A stretch of DNA of 64,000 nt from Lingula anatina. Its lineage: Eukaryota; Animalia; Brachiopoda. The DNA lies in contig CM120641.1 in the NCBI GenBank assembly GCA_051362555.1, forward strand, positions 2,976,001 to 3,040,000, read 5' to 3'. The position numbers and the translations under genes were made by a program. This document shows positions 1-33,719 of the stretch, piece after piece. The notes under the pieces were generated by a model, which saw nothing but the letters and a program-made list of their open reading frames with translations, was not told where the DNA came from and ran no database searches. Position 1 is the stretch's first letter. Each line of letters begins with the position of its first letter.

Positions 1-930
1 CGATAAGTGGAAGGCAGTTTTACTTTTTGGCTTTATATTTACAGAGCTGATGAATATTTATAAAACGCAGGTCAAGTTCGAAAATCAGCATGATCGGGCC
101 ATAATTGTAGAAGTTATGCTGTTTTTTCACTTTTCAGCATATATGCAACCTTGTAAACACATTTTAAGGAAAACCGTTAGGCCTATTGTCATGAAACTCA
201 CAGGAATGGTCAGTCTTACTAAAACGCAGGTTGAGTTCAAAAATCAGCATAATCGGGGCATTATTTTAGAAGTTATGCTGTTTTTTCCCATTTCTTCAGA
301 TTTCCTCAGATTTAATTCTTAGGCATGTTAATAGCCTTATTATTTAAGTAATAAGATACGTAAAAGTGTTTGTTTGACATTTCCTGCATCTTTACAACAT
401 TGTTAGTTGATTATGTAAAAATGATGGTAAACTTGTTATCGTGTATTGTGTAATAAAGTGTCAAAAATGGAAATAAACTCATATCATTGCAGTTTGTCAG
501 ATTCAATCATTCACTATGTTCAGAATCTCAGAATGGAAGAAATTGGACATTTAACACTGTTCTATTGATATTTTTCACATCTCATCAATTTTCTTAGTTG
601 ATCATATAAAAATGGCAGTAACCTATTAATTTTGTTTTATGTTAAAAAAATGTTAAAAATGGAAATAAACCCATTTCAGAACAGTGCAGTCTTGTTTACA
701 TTTTGGCATCTTTAAGTCCTGACTTTGAAGTTCCATCGGCCTAAAAACCTTTGTCAGTCACGTTTACTATTTGTCCATGATACTAATATTTTATTATTAA
801 AAATTGATGATCATTATGCTGTTACACATTAAGTAATATTGCATCAAAATTTGAAAAAAACCTATTTTGGGCACTGCTCCCATGATGACCATTTAAGAAA
901 AACCATGTCACTTACTGTTCTCAAACAGTA
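1..930 (+). mobile_element. Truncated copy of HINE-like (Helentron-associated) repeat family A
   Basis: Near-identical to internal parts of the copies at 940-2567 and 3411-5645 (GATAAGTGGAAGGCAGTTTTAC..., AAAACGCAGGTCAAGTTCGAAAATCAGCATG core unit). Confidence 0.7.
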
Positions 931-939
931 CAGTTGATA

Positions 940-2567
940 TGTACAGATGTGTCTGTACATATTGCCATCACCTGCGTCTGTCGTCGCTGTCGTTGCTGTC
1001 ACTGTCGCTGTCGCCGGCGCCATGCACTTTCATTGTAAACAAGATAAGTGGAAGGCAGTTTTACTTTTTGGCTGTATATTTACAGAGCTGATGAATATTC
1101 ATAAAATGCAGGTCAAGTTCGAAAATCAGCATGATCGGGCCATTAATGTAGAGGTTATGCTTTTTTTTTTCACTTTTCAGCATATATGCAACACTGTAAA
1201 CACAATATAAGAAAAACAGATAGGCCAATTGTCATTAAACTCACAGGAGTGGTCATTCCTGCTAAAACGCAGGTTGAGTTCAATAATCAGCATAATCGGG
1301 CCATTATTTTAAAGAAATGCAGTTTTTTCACATTTCCTCAGATTCAATTCTTAGGCATGTAAACAGTTTCATTATTGAACTAATAAGATACGTAAAAGTG
1401 TTTGTTTGGCATTTCCTGCAATTTTACAACATTATTAGTTGATTATGTAAAAATGATGGTAAACTTGTTATCGTGTATTGTGTAATAAAGTTTCAAAAAT
1501 GGAAATAAACTCATATCATTGCAGTTTGTCAGATTCAATCATTCACTATGTTCAGAATCTCAGAATGGAAGAGATTGGACATTTAACACTGCTCTGTTGA
1601 TATTTTTCCCATCTCATCAATTTTCTTAGTTGATCATATAAAAACGGCAGAAAACTGTTAATTTTGTTTTATGTTAAAAATTGATAAAAATGGAAAAAAA
1701 AAACATTTCAGAACAGTGCTGTCTTGTTTACATTTTGGCATTTTCAAGTTGTGACTTTGAAGTTCCATGGGCCTGAAGACCTTTGCTAGTCACATTTTCT
1801 GAATATCCATAATACTAATATTTTATTATTAAAGTTGATGGTCATTATGCTGTTAAACATTATGTAATATTGCATCAAAATTTGAAAAAAAAAAAACTAT
1901 TTTAGGCACTGCTCCAATGATGACCATTTAAGAAAAACCATGTCATTTACTGTTCTCAAACTTACAGGAAAGAAACATGGGACTAAAATACAGCTTCAGT
2001 AGGAAATTCAGTCTGTTTGGTAATTCTTACTGCCAGTTAAACAGTTATTTTGTGAAAATTTAATTTTTCACATATTGGCATTTTTAAGGTGTGACTTTGA
2101 AGTTCCACGGGCTTGAAGACCCATGCTAGTCACATTTTCTGAAAATCCATGATACGTATATTTTATTATTAAAAATTGACGGTCATTATGCTGTTAACCA
2201 TTATGTAATATTGCATCAGAATAGAAGAAAACACAATTTTGGGTGCTGGTGCCATGATGACCATTATGGGAAAACCATGTTACTTATGATTGCCAAACTT
2301 TCAAAAAAGAAATACAGGACTAAAATGCAGTCTGAGTTGGAAAAGCAGTCTAAGTGACTTCTTTTTCTGGAAGTTATACATTTTCAAAGTGTAAACTTGT
2401 CACATATTTTAATTACATTGGTATAACCTGTTGAGGATAATTAAAATTTGATGTTAAATTTGCAGTTTAACATAATGTATTTTTGCATCAGAATTGACAG
2501 TAGCCTATTTTGTGCATAGTTATTTCCTGTTTTTTGTCTGTACATTTGACAGCTTTGCTGCCTTGTT
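940..2567 (+). mobile_element. HINE-like non-autonomous Helentron element, family A
   Basis: Partial 5' palindrome TGTACAGATGTGTCTGTACA, (GTCGCT/GTCGCC)n microsatellite, ~159-bp core repeats, and a 3' end TGTCTGTACATTTGACAGCTTTGCTGCCTTGTT (subterminal inverted repeat plus short hairpin plus TT). Confidence 0.75.
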
Positions 2568-3410
2568 GATAATTTTGTGTCATAACTTGATGAAAATTAA
2601 ATATTAGTTATTTTCTCACTCCTGTTTAAATTTTTGCCTAAATTTGTACAGAAAGTTTTGATTTTTGTTTTAACTGATTTTAAGACCAGACAAAATTGAT
2701 GAATTTTTTGTAAACAGGGTCATAAAGGTATCAGGACTTTAATTTCCCCCCCCCCCCCCCCCCCTTAATCATGTTGCCTGCCTTCTCATGTAAAGGTGGG
2801 TAAACAGATAATCTCATTTATCCAAGTATCCCTTTGGTGAACTAACCGTCATTTTTGTTTCACCGCTACCCCTAACATAATCAGCAACAAGTTTCGAAAT
2901 TGTTTTTTTTTTATTTATTTAATTTATTTATCTGCACTTATCACGTTACTCACCAACACAACAAAATGCAGATAAAATAACATTTTTACTTTAAGAAAAA
3001 TTGAGAAAATGGTAGCATTTGTTTGATTAAAAAATCTGCATCTGATAACATCTAATAATTAAGGGATCCCTCTTAGGTCTGTTTAAGCACATAATCTTGT
3101 AATTTAGAACCAATACTTTTTGTTTTTGTTTCATTTTCTGGCTTCTTTCTTATATTCAGTAACATTTTCAAAAAATATACACTGGTTAATGCCTCAAATA
3201 GATGAATCAAGCATTGTATTTTCTTTCCTGGTAAGGAGGGTCTTTGGGCCGCATTGTTTGGATGGAGAACCATGAACATGCATTAACAGACTATTGACTA
3301 TTGTTTTGTCAGGTCTAATTGCTTTTTTTTTAATTCAGACAAAGAAAATCAGTATTAAGATTGATGTGAAGCATTTTAATGCATGAATATGACTGTTATG
3401 TAAATCATCA

Positions 3411-5645
3411 TTTTTATGTACAGACACAGATGTGTCTGTACATATTGCCATCACCTGCGTCTGTCGTCGCCGTCGCCGTTCATGTCGCCGTTCATGTCGC
3501 CGTCGCCGTCGCCGTCGCCGTGCACTTTCAGCGTTAACACCATAAGTGGAAGACAGTTTTACTTTTTGGCTTTATATTTACAGAGCTGATGAATATTCAT
3601 AAAACGCAGGTCAAGTTCGAAAATCAGCATGATCGGGCCATTATTGTAGAATTTATGCTGTTTTTTCACTTTTCAGCATATATGCAACACTGTTAACACA
3701 TTTCAAAGAAAACTGATAGGCCTGTTGTCATGAAACTCACAGGAGTAATCAATCTTACTAAAACGCAGGTCAAGTTCGAAAATCGGCATGATCGGGCCAC
3801 CATTTTAGTAGTTATGCTGTTTTTTCACTTTTCAGCATATATGCAACACTGTTAACACATTTCAAAGAAAACTGATAGGCCTGTTGTCATGAAACTCACA
3901 GGAGTAATCAATCTTACTAAAACGCAGGTCAAGTTCGAAAATCAGCATAATCGGGCCATTATTTTATAAGTTATGCTGTTTTTTCACATTTCTTCTTGAT
4001 TCAATTCTTAGGCATGTTAACAGTCTCATTATTTAATTAATAAGATACGTTTAAGTGTTTGCTTGACATTTCCTGCATCTTTACAACATTGTTAGTTGAT
4101 TATGTAAAAATGATGGTAAACTTGTTATCATGTATTGTGTAATAAAGTGTCAAAAATGGAAATAAACTCATATTATTGCAGTTTGTAAGATTCAATCATT
4201 CATTATGTTCAGAAACTCAGAATGGAGGAAATTGGACATTTGACACTGTTCTATTGATATTTTTCACATCTCATCAACTTTCTTAGTTGATCATATAAAA
4301 ATGGCAGTAAACTGTTAATTTTGTTTTATGTTAAAAAAGTGTTAAAAATGGAAATAAACGCATTTCATAACAGTACTGTCTTGTTTCACATTTCCTCAGA
4401 TTCAATTCTTAGGCATGTTAACAGTCTCATCATTTAACTAATAAGATACGTAAAAGTCTTTGTTTAACATTTCCTGCATCTTTACAACATTGTTAGTTGA
4501 TTATGTAAAAATGATGGTAAGCTTGTTATCATGTATTGTATAATAGAGTTTCAAAAATGGAAATAAACTCTTATCATTGCAGTTTGTCAGATTCATTCAT
4601 TCATTCACTATGTTCAGAAACTCAGAATGGAGGAAATTGGACATTAAACACTGTTCTATTGATATTTTTCCCATCTCATCAATTTTCTTAGTTGATCATA
4701 TAAAAATGGCAGTAAAGTGTTAATTTTGTTATATGTTAAAAAATTGTTAAAAATGGAAAAAAATGCATTTCAGGACAGTACTGTCTTGTCTACATTTTGG
4801 CATTTTCAAGTTGTGACTTTGAAGTTCCATGGGCCTGAAGACCTTTGCTAGTCACATTTTCTGAATATCCATGATACTAATATTTTATTATTAAAAATTG
4901 ATGGTTATTATCCTGTTAAACATTATGTAATATTGCATCAAAATTTGAAGAAACCCCTATTTTGGACACTGCTCCCTTAATGACCATTTAAGGAAAACTA
5001 TGTCACTTACTGTTCTCAAACTTACAGGAAAGAAACATGGGACTAAAATACAGTTTCATTAGGCAGTGCAGTCTATTTGGTAAATTTTTCTGGCAGTTAA
5101 TCAGTTTTTTGTGAAAATTTAATTTTTCACATATTGGCAATTTCAAGGTGTGACTTAGAACCACCTTGGGCTTGAAGACCCATGCTAGTCACATTTTCTG
5201 AAAATCCACGATACGTATATTTTATTATTAAAAACTGATGTTCTTTATGCTGTTAAGCATTATGAAATATTGCATCAAAATAGAAGAAAACACAATATTG
5301 GGTATTGCTGCCATGACCATCATGGGAAAACCATATTACTTATGATTGTCAAACTTTTAAAAAAGAAACACAGGACTAAAATGCAGCTCGAGTTGGAAAA
5401 GCAGTCTAATTGACTTTTTTTTTGGACGTTTTACATTTTCAAAGTGTGAACTTGAACTCCCATGGGCCTGAAGCCTTATGCTTGTTACACATTTTACTTA
5501 CATTGGTATTACCTGTTGAGCATAATTAAAATTTGATGTTGAATTTTCAGTTTAACATAATGTACTTTTACATCAGAATTGACAGTAGCCTATTTTGTTA
5601 TTTCCTGCTTTTTGTCTGTACATTTGACAGCTTTGCTGCCTTGTT
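3411..5645 (+). mobile_element. Full-length HINE-like non-autonomous Helentron element, family A
   Basis: Starts TTTTTATGTACAGACACAGATGTGTCTGTACA (hairpin), then (GTCGCC)n, 159-bp tandem cores at 3601/3760/3919, a ~400-bp internal duplication, and the same 3' subTIR+hairpin end as the 940-2567 copy. Confidence 0.8.
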
Positions 5646-5663
5646 CTTATTATCTTTTACTAG

Positions 5664-25375
<19,712 letters not shown>

Positions 25376-28300
25376 CCGAGTCGTCCATGTTTTCCTGTCT
25401 GTTGACTGGCCCCGCTGTCTGCATGTGAACAGACTCTGTTGTAAAGAGCACCATACTTTTCTTCTATCACACCATCTTGCATGGGAGTATTCAGAATGAT
25501 TTTCACATTCTTCTCAAATATTTGAAAAATTTCAGGACGATGAATTTTCTTATGAAGGGTGATTAACACAAAGCGATAATTTAGTAGTAGTGATATAAAG
25601 CAGTTGTTAATCCTGTATTTGTTTATAAGATGTAAGAAAGGCATTTTTAGATATATGATTATATATATGATATATAACATGCATGAGAACAGCTGTTTTG
25701 TCTACTTGCCATGAGATGGCACCAGATTATAATCAAGACAGGCCAACAGTGGCACAAAAAAAAAGCAGCAGTCTTTTAACTAATAGTTTGGTAGCAAAGA
25801 GGATAAGGTGAGGAAGGGTTAGTATTTGATAATTGCATTTGCTGTATAATTAAGTGAATGGTGGATTCAGAATTCTAATTTTTGATGCACTTAGATGAAG
25901 TTAACATTAGTTAGGTTCAAGCATCATAGTGTTCTTTTTATCCTTTACATCAATTGCTATTGAAACAAAGTCCCCATTTTATCACTTACATTTATATATA
26001 TATATATATATGTGTCTGTGTGTGTGTCCTTTTTCATACTTTACCATGATTTGGTAAGTGTGCTACTTGCTTATCTTTTTATTGGCCTCAGTTGTACTTT
26101 TTTGTGCAATATCTTTGTTGCTTGATTATCTGCTAAATATAAAATGTTTAAAATTATACTAAAATCTGTTTAAAGGAAACATTTTTACATTATTTACGCA
26201 AGCATTATGAAATTCAAACAGTAGGCCACAAATAGTAGTTTGACAAAATTACTTAGCAATTCAAATTTTTTAATAAAATGCCTTCTAAGGTTAGTTGATG
26301 GAATAAGGGAAATTTGATTTTCAAAGATGCAAACATTACTCTGCCATTTCTCAGGTCTTAAGTTTCAGGCCTCTAGTCAAAATGAAGTTAGGTTAAGTAA
26401 AACCATGATATGAACTTTTGAAAAGCAAAACTGTCCAGTGTAAGCTGAATTATAACCCCCAGTCTCAATGATCAATACCTGTCTAGATATGATTTCCCTA
26501 GCCAAATTATTTACTAATTAAATATATAATATATGGCATATTTTCACTTCCTCTTAAAATGTGTTTGCTTACGAGCCATGGTTGAATTATGAGTGCTTAA
26601 CATTTTCTTTGATGACTTAAAAAATAATAATCTTTAGAGTGAAAAGAAAATTGTTTTGATGATGTATCTTTTTATACGAGTCAGTTAGTACTGAATATGA
26701 AACCCAGAAATGAAATGTTACTTGGTAAAGTTGAGAAAAACATGTTCAAAAAAAATTGTCATTCCATACTGATGACATGGAAAGGGATGTGACACATTAT
26801 AATTAGCTCACCATATTTTGGTGAGCTTCATATGAAAGCCAATAGCCATGTATGTAATTCCCTTCCACATCTTTGGCAATTTTATCTTTTGAAAAAAGAA
26901 AAAGAATAACACCTTTAACACATATCTCATATAAATTATATATTACAGAAAGTAATTAATTGCTCAATAAAGTACTAATTTTTGATGGAAGATGGAAATC
27001 TAACAAGTATAATGGGTTTAAAACAGAAAATTAGATATCAAAAGTTAATATGATATTAATTTCCTGAAGGTGCTTATTTGTGTTACATTATACTTTGTCA
27101 GTGTCTTTTTTTTATTTTTTATTTATTGTTTTTTTAGAGAATGGGGTTGAAGTATTTGAGTACACAGCAACTTGCACAAGTAGATATATTTATTTTAGAG
27201 TACACCTCAGGTAAATTTATTTTTAAAAATATGTTCGTACTGATCCATTTTTCCCCTAGAATTTCGAGAATTTAATATATCCTGTTTATGACACAGCTTA
27301 TAATCCAGTATAATTAAATGAAGACAAATGAGAGTAAGAGATAGTGGTAAAATTCACATCAGAAATTTTCATAAAAAGGTAGGAAGTTTGTAGTAATATC
27401 TTCATTTTTGTTTCCCCACAAAGTGGGAGGCTTATAGCATTGTTCCTATATGTCCCTACATCACAAAAGTCTTTGCCAAGTCAACTTGAAAGAAGGAGAA
27501 AGTTTGTGTGATTTGGTAATGTGATCAAGTAGACTAGTATGTCATGGAAGCTCTCTCTAAGGTGCAAACCATTGGGGCATTATTAAGTAAAAGATGAGAT
27601 GGAAACTGTCTGTACAGAAAATTTTTACTTTTGGGTATGGTTTTTCAGCTTTGACTGCTTTTTGCTAGAAGTTGATTTAAATTATAGAATTGTTCTTGTC
27701 AGGGAGTCTCTTGTTGTGGTGTTTTTTCCCCCTGAAGAGAAAATCACAGCTTGTGTACCTGTGTGAAGAGACAACCATTATGCATCTACATATGACTCTA
27801 GATTCATTGTTTGATATTGAAACCACATTATCATGATCATATTTCCAGAATTTTGTATTCTCGGTGTTTTAGAATATCATTTGGAACTTTTTTGGATTGA
27901 GAGTAGCAATTTTCATATGCTGTTTTCATCAATTTTGGAGAAGTAATAGGATACTTGAACAGAATTTTATTATCAAAGTGAGGAAATATAATCCTCATAA
28001 GAGCTGTCACTACAAGTTAAGATCTCTTTTTGTGCACTTACTCACCATTATTGAGTCTTGGCTTGAAATAGGATAAAGATTATTTTTTATCTCAAGTTGG
28101 ATGAATATTGAAGTATTTTGTCTAACATCCTGAAAATGTATTCAATTTTCTAGGGTTGCATTAATGTTCCTGTTCATGAACTCACAGATGAATAACAAGC
28201 CATGTTCAGCAGATTTTTAAGATTTTATTTCTTTTTTGAATTATAGATAGATTGAAATGTGCAATTGAAATTAAAATGTATAATTATTATGCCATAAAGA

Positions 28301-30640
28301 TAGGTATTTAGAACTGTTATAACATTTATGTCTTTGAATGATGATTAGAAGTGTACCTTGATATGTTAGATGAGGTCCCTCCCTAATAGAATCAAACAGC
28401 AAACCTCACACTTGACAATTAAGTTGCACAAATTGTTAAATGACGTGATATCTTCCACTACCTTCAATTTCTTCCACTAAATTTTTTCTTCCACTACTTT
28501 TCATTTTCTAAATATAACAGACAAAACAAAAGAAGATCTCAAGTAGGTATCTGACAGTTAAAATTGAGTATTGAAAAACGATTTCCAATGACTTTCTTTT
28601 GTAAGCTTTGTATAATTGTGAAAAGGGCTTACAGTATTTTCTAGTGTCTGGTTTGTTGCCTAGGGAAAATGCACTGAAATGTGATGAATATTGTATAGTT
28701 CCCTTTTTCATTGCCACATGTATCATGTGCACTGTGTCAACTTACAATAAAATATGGAAGCTTTCAGTGGCTGGATAGCTGTAAAATGGCCTTTTTGATA
28801 CCTTGCCATCAGCAAGTTAATAAACTTATTTGACTTCATTGTTGCGTTTTAGCATGTTAATGGACATATTTTATGTACTTAATCATTTGCACCTCTTCTA
28901 TTCTTTTTGCCGTGCAGTGAGCTGAAATGCCACAACCCCCTCCAGCAATTGAGAAAAACAAAACAAATCAGGAATTGCTGTCCTTCTTTTAACAAGCCTT
29001 ACTCCAGATTTCAGAACTTTTCCCTTTCACACAAAATTAAAAGTCGCGCTGCTTATTGCTTTGCGTAGATATTTCATTCAATATTGCATAGTGTGGCAAT
29101 AGTGCTCACACATTTTAGTAATTTTTCTCTATACTATTCATTGGTCAAACTATAAACAAGATCTAATTTTCAAAAAACTGAATAAAAGACACTTGTTTTC
29201 CTTTGCTTTTAGTTCACAGTTTTGAATAGAAATACATTTTCAATTTTTATGAAAAAGACAATAAAAAAAGAGCCACTATCCAAGTCTATCTTATATATCT
29301 TTGGCTTCTCTACATATTTCATTCAGGCTTAATGGGCAAAGGAAGATGAGAAAAACGCGAAGCAAATTTGTAGCTCTCTTTACCATCTTTAGGACAATAC
29401 TGATTATGCTAGTTCTTACCCAGTGGCAATGGCGTAACTGTAGCCTTCTCTACATGTATATGCTATTTTGTTACTTGTTCCTGATGCACATCTACCTATT
29501 GCGCTGAACTCTTCTATGTTGTCAAGTGGAATATACAAACTATCAATGGTGAGTATTTCTGGATTGATTTTCACATACTTGAAAGAAGTTTTTAGGTATT
29601 AAAGACAAAAAAAATTTGTGTCCCCAGTTAAGTTGACATGTTAACGTCTTTTGCCATATATGTGTCTATTTATGATTAGCTCACAACAAATCTAATCCTT
29701 CTGTTGTCTCAAACACTAAAGTTGTATCCAGTTATGTGAGTTAATTGAGGTAGGTAGTGTCAGGTGAGTTGATCATTGAGGGCCTGCTGATATGGATAAC
29801 ATTGACCACAGACCATGCCAAACATGCTGGGAAATGCATGAGGCAAACTTCTTGGGTCTTCATCCATGTGGAAGTGTATTGAAACTACCATCTTTGATCT
29901 ACCTGCTTTGAGTCTTTCTGAGCATGTTTACTTCACTAGACGAAACGAGCTGATGCTTGGTTTTTTAAAAGCATTGGCAGACTTAAAAAAAAAAGAAAAA
30001 GAAGAAGCCTTATTATAGCTTAGTATCTATGCTTATATCTGCATTTAAAACCACAGTTAAAATTTTTGTATATAATTTGTCTTATTATTGTATTTGTAGA
30101 ACGGCGTTAGAAACATGCCAGGATGAAGATGAGGGATCTGAAGCTGGGGCACTTTCACAGATCTGCAAGATTTACCCAAATTGACTGCCCTGAAAGACAA
30201 AAAAAAATGCAATGGTATTCTGATATGCCAAATACAGGATGATATCAACAGAAAGTGCAGTTTTAGTGTCAAAAAGTGAAATTTGTGATCTTTGATCATT
30301 TTATGACTTTTAAAATTATGCCATGTTTGAATCATGTTAATTTCAGTAGTTGTAAAATAGGTCAAAATTTGAGGCTTATAATTGATGTCCTGACGTGGTT
30401 ATGTATTTGCATTTATACATCTAATATTGTACTAAATATCTATAAAATCAAGGAGGGTTAAGTCCCAAACTGAAAACACACTGCACCCATTTAGACATGA
30501 TCTTGTGTACTCAAAGTGCTTCAAGTTTTTGACTTTATCCCCCTTGCAAATGTGTAAATAAGATAAAGTTGATATTGGATTGGATGGGTAAGTATCCAAA
30601 CCTTGATCAAAACCAGTCATGGATGGTTTTGCACCAGTTG

Positions 30641-30869
30641 GACTGGGTTCCCATACCTAGATCAATCTAACAGGATTGATCCATCTCCAAGGGGTTTAGT
30701 GCTAAATTGCTTTCAGCTTTAGTGGCTTAGATGTCTGGCGTGCCTACTGAAGCTGCTAAATGATAATTAATTACCCCCTAGCAGCTTCATCTAAGCCACT
30801 AATTTAGCAAGAATCCCCTTGGAGATAGATTGATCCATAGTTAGTACAGTAGGGTCTGGGAATGGTCCC
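30641..30869. mobile_element. Palindromic MITE, family B
   Basis: Close match to 12198-12454 (GGACTGGGTTCCCAT.CCTAGATCAATCT...). Confidence 0.75.
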
Positions 30870-33719
30870 GAATTTACTAGGTCTAGGCATTAAAGAATAC
30901 ACCAATAATTGTCTCTCTGAAAGTAGTTACTACAAACATAGGTTGAAAATGGGGCAAGAATTTATCACACTATTCCTTGGTGAATATCAGGAGTTGACCA
31001 AATTTTCACTTTCCGGTAGAATTTTTTTGTATTGTTTAATACTCACCTTTTTACATGGTAATTTTGGTGAACAGTTTAAGTTTCTGTGGAAAATGGTGGA
31101 TAATTTTTTATGCACCAGTTTCTGTTTTTGTTTTGTCAAGCTGATATAATTTTCTTGTTGAAATAGGACTAAGGCTGTCAAGTTTAATTGCACAGATATG
31201 CTTATTCAGAAAAAGGACAATTTTAACTGTTTTGTGTATACTTACTTACGTAAAGCAGACTTTAATTTGCTTAATTTTATGATTGTCATTCATTATGTTG
31301 TGAAAAAACAGTAGTTCTTAATTTTAGTTACAAGATAGATAAAAGTGTTCTTAATTGTCACATCTTTTATAAAAAATTGTCTGTAACACAAAGCACTTGG
31401 TCATTCTCTTTCATGTCTGTATCGCTACCTCATAACATTTTTTGTTTAGATTAATCTGGCTTCAGTTTGTTAGCTATAATCTACAAATGGTATATGTTAT
31501 TAAAAGCAAGGAATTTCAGTCAAGACAGCAGTGATTAAATCACTTAATGTAGTAAAGGGAAAAACAATATGCAAACATCAAGCTCACCAAAATGAGAAAA
31601 ATCCAAATCCAGATCAGCGATTCAGTATAAAAAAACTTAAAGGAAGCAAGTTATTTGGTTGTATTCAAGCAACAACTGTGATTAGAAGCATAGGTGATAT
31701 TGCATGTACAAGTTGTTGAATTTTCCACACACTTGTAATAGTTAACATTTCGTGTATGTATTTCTGTATTTTCTCTCTCCAAGATAATTCTTCATGCTAC
31801 GACGGAAAAACCTTGAAGGCACTTGTATGAAGCTGATGGTATGTATAATGCAAGTAATATAGGTTGCCTTGATGGTCCCCTTGAGGGAAAAGAAATGGTC
31901 GCAGGGAAGGAAATCGAGTGAATAAGAACCCTATCATACTATAGCAACTTCCTCATTCACCCAACCTTCCTCCTTTGTCTTTTGACCCCCCCTCCTCAAG
32001 TGGTCATCAAGGTATCCCATTTTGAAAGCCTGGTTGGCGTGAAGAGGGCTGTAACAGGGGCATCTCACAGGAACCCTTCCAGCAGTGCAGAGAAGCATAG
32101 CAGAGAAAGATGGAATGGTGAATTTGACATAATGTGGGTTTACTTTCAAAATGAGACCATGTAATTGTAGTATATTCTTTGGAACATGAAATAAATTGTT
32201 TGTGATGCCAGTCCATTTGCTTGTTTAGACATGTCATACCTAGGTAACCATCAATGTTTGTTGCAGACAGTCACTAGGCAAAGAATGAAAGTAAAAAGAA
32301 GCAGTTTAAAACGCCAAAACTATTTATTCTGATATCTTCACAAAAATGTAAGTCCAAAGCCTTGGTAAAATTTACTGTTAAATTTACAGCTTTCATTCTT
32401 ATTCTGTTCCAAAGGAATAATAATACACAATTATTTGCTGCCATAAGAAATCTTATAAAAATATGATTGATATTACTTTGGTATTCATGGTTAGCAATGC
32501 AACTAAAAATCTGCACCTTTCAAGGCTCTAAACTAAATGCTAAACATTCTAATAGCTTGTTGATGCATGTTGATACTGGCTTCTAAATGCTAAGAAAAAC
32601 CTATTACATATGAAAAAAAATCACAACAGTAGCTATGGTAGTATTGATAGAGGAAAGCCACATGGACATAGCTTCAAAACATTTTAGCTATCTAAATAAA
32701 ACATTACAAACAAACACACACAAACTTTTTCAGTCATGGCAGAATAAAAAAAATAATAATAACATGAAGAATACACACAAAGTACATACATATATGAGAA
32801 AAGATCCCTGAATTGACATGGTTATAAATTTTGATCCCTTCCACTGAATGGCACTTCCAGGTCCAGTAATGACAAATACAATTCCCTATATAGCCTAAAA
32901 TGACCATATATAATATGTATTAATATGTAACTGACAGCATTCGCTCAGGTGAACGGTTCACCTCAGTAGAAAAAATAAAACAAAAAACTGATGATATAAG
33001 TAACCTATTCATTTAAAAAACATTACTTTTTCTGAATGTCTCTAAAATCAGGAAGATCCCCTTGCAAAGATGAGCACAGAAAGGCTGAACATGACTCTTT
33101 CATGCAAACTGAGGCTGGGTAAGCAGATGTTTACAAAAGAAAAAGTATTCTTCTCAACTTAAACTCATGAACTCCCAGTCTACTTCCAATTCCTAGATAT
33201 CAGTAAATTGTAGCCTTAAGTAAATAACTCTTTCAAAATGGATAAATACCAGAAACTATCTTCAAATTAGTCTATCCACAAGACTCATCAAAGAATTCAA
33301 TATAGCATCATTTTTCTCTTCTTTTTGGAACGTGAGTAATGTACAGATACCAGACAACAAAAACAACCATTAACAGCTTCGTGGAAATTCACATAAAAAA
33401 GTAAGTATAAAATAACCTGGGACATCTTTTTAAAAATCAGAAAACTCAAGGCTGTAAACATTCTAACCATGTAGTAGAGATTATGAAAAAGGATTCATAA
33501 AAAACTTCAACACTTATCCACAGTTTTACCAAAAGCAATGAACAGCATACAGGTATAAAATATGTACAATTTTTACATATATTACTATGTACAATATACT
33601 CCAGGGATTCGACTATGGATTCCAAGTTCTTAACAATTTTACTTTTTGTCATGTCGCTCTTTCTTTATTTGTACTCCATAATGGGAAATCCAGCAGGTGA
33701 GTTAGGAGGTCACATTGTC

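Noticed and set aside
50-1210. Similar ORFs MNIYKTQVKFENQHDRAI...
   Set aside because: Chance translation of the 159-bp HINE core repeat.
29300-30200. Exon-like segments with splice-like sites and a short CxxC...PCG peptide reminiscent of a RING start
   Set aside because: No continuous frame can be assembled and the remaining RING ligands are missing.
31825-32030. Hammerhead ribozyme core within the foldback
   Set aside because: CTGATGG does not match CUGANGA and the three stems cannot be built by eye.
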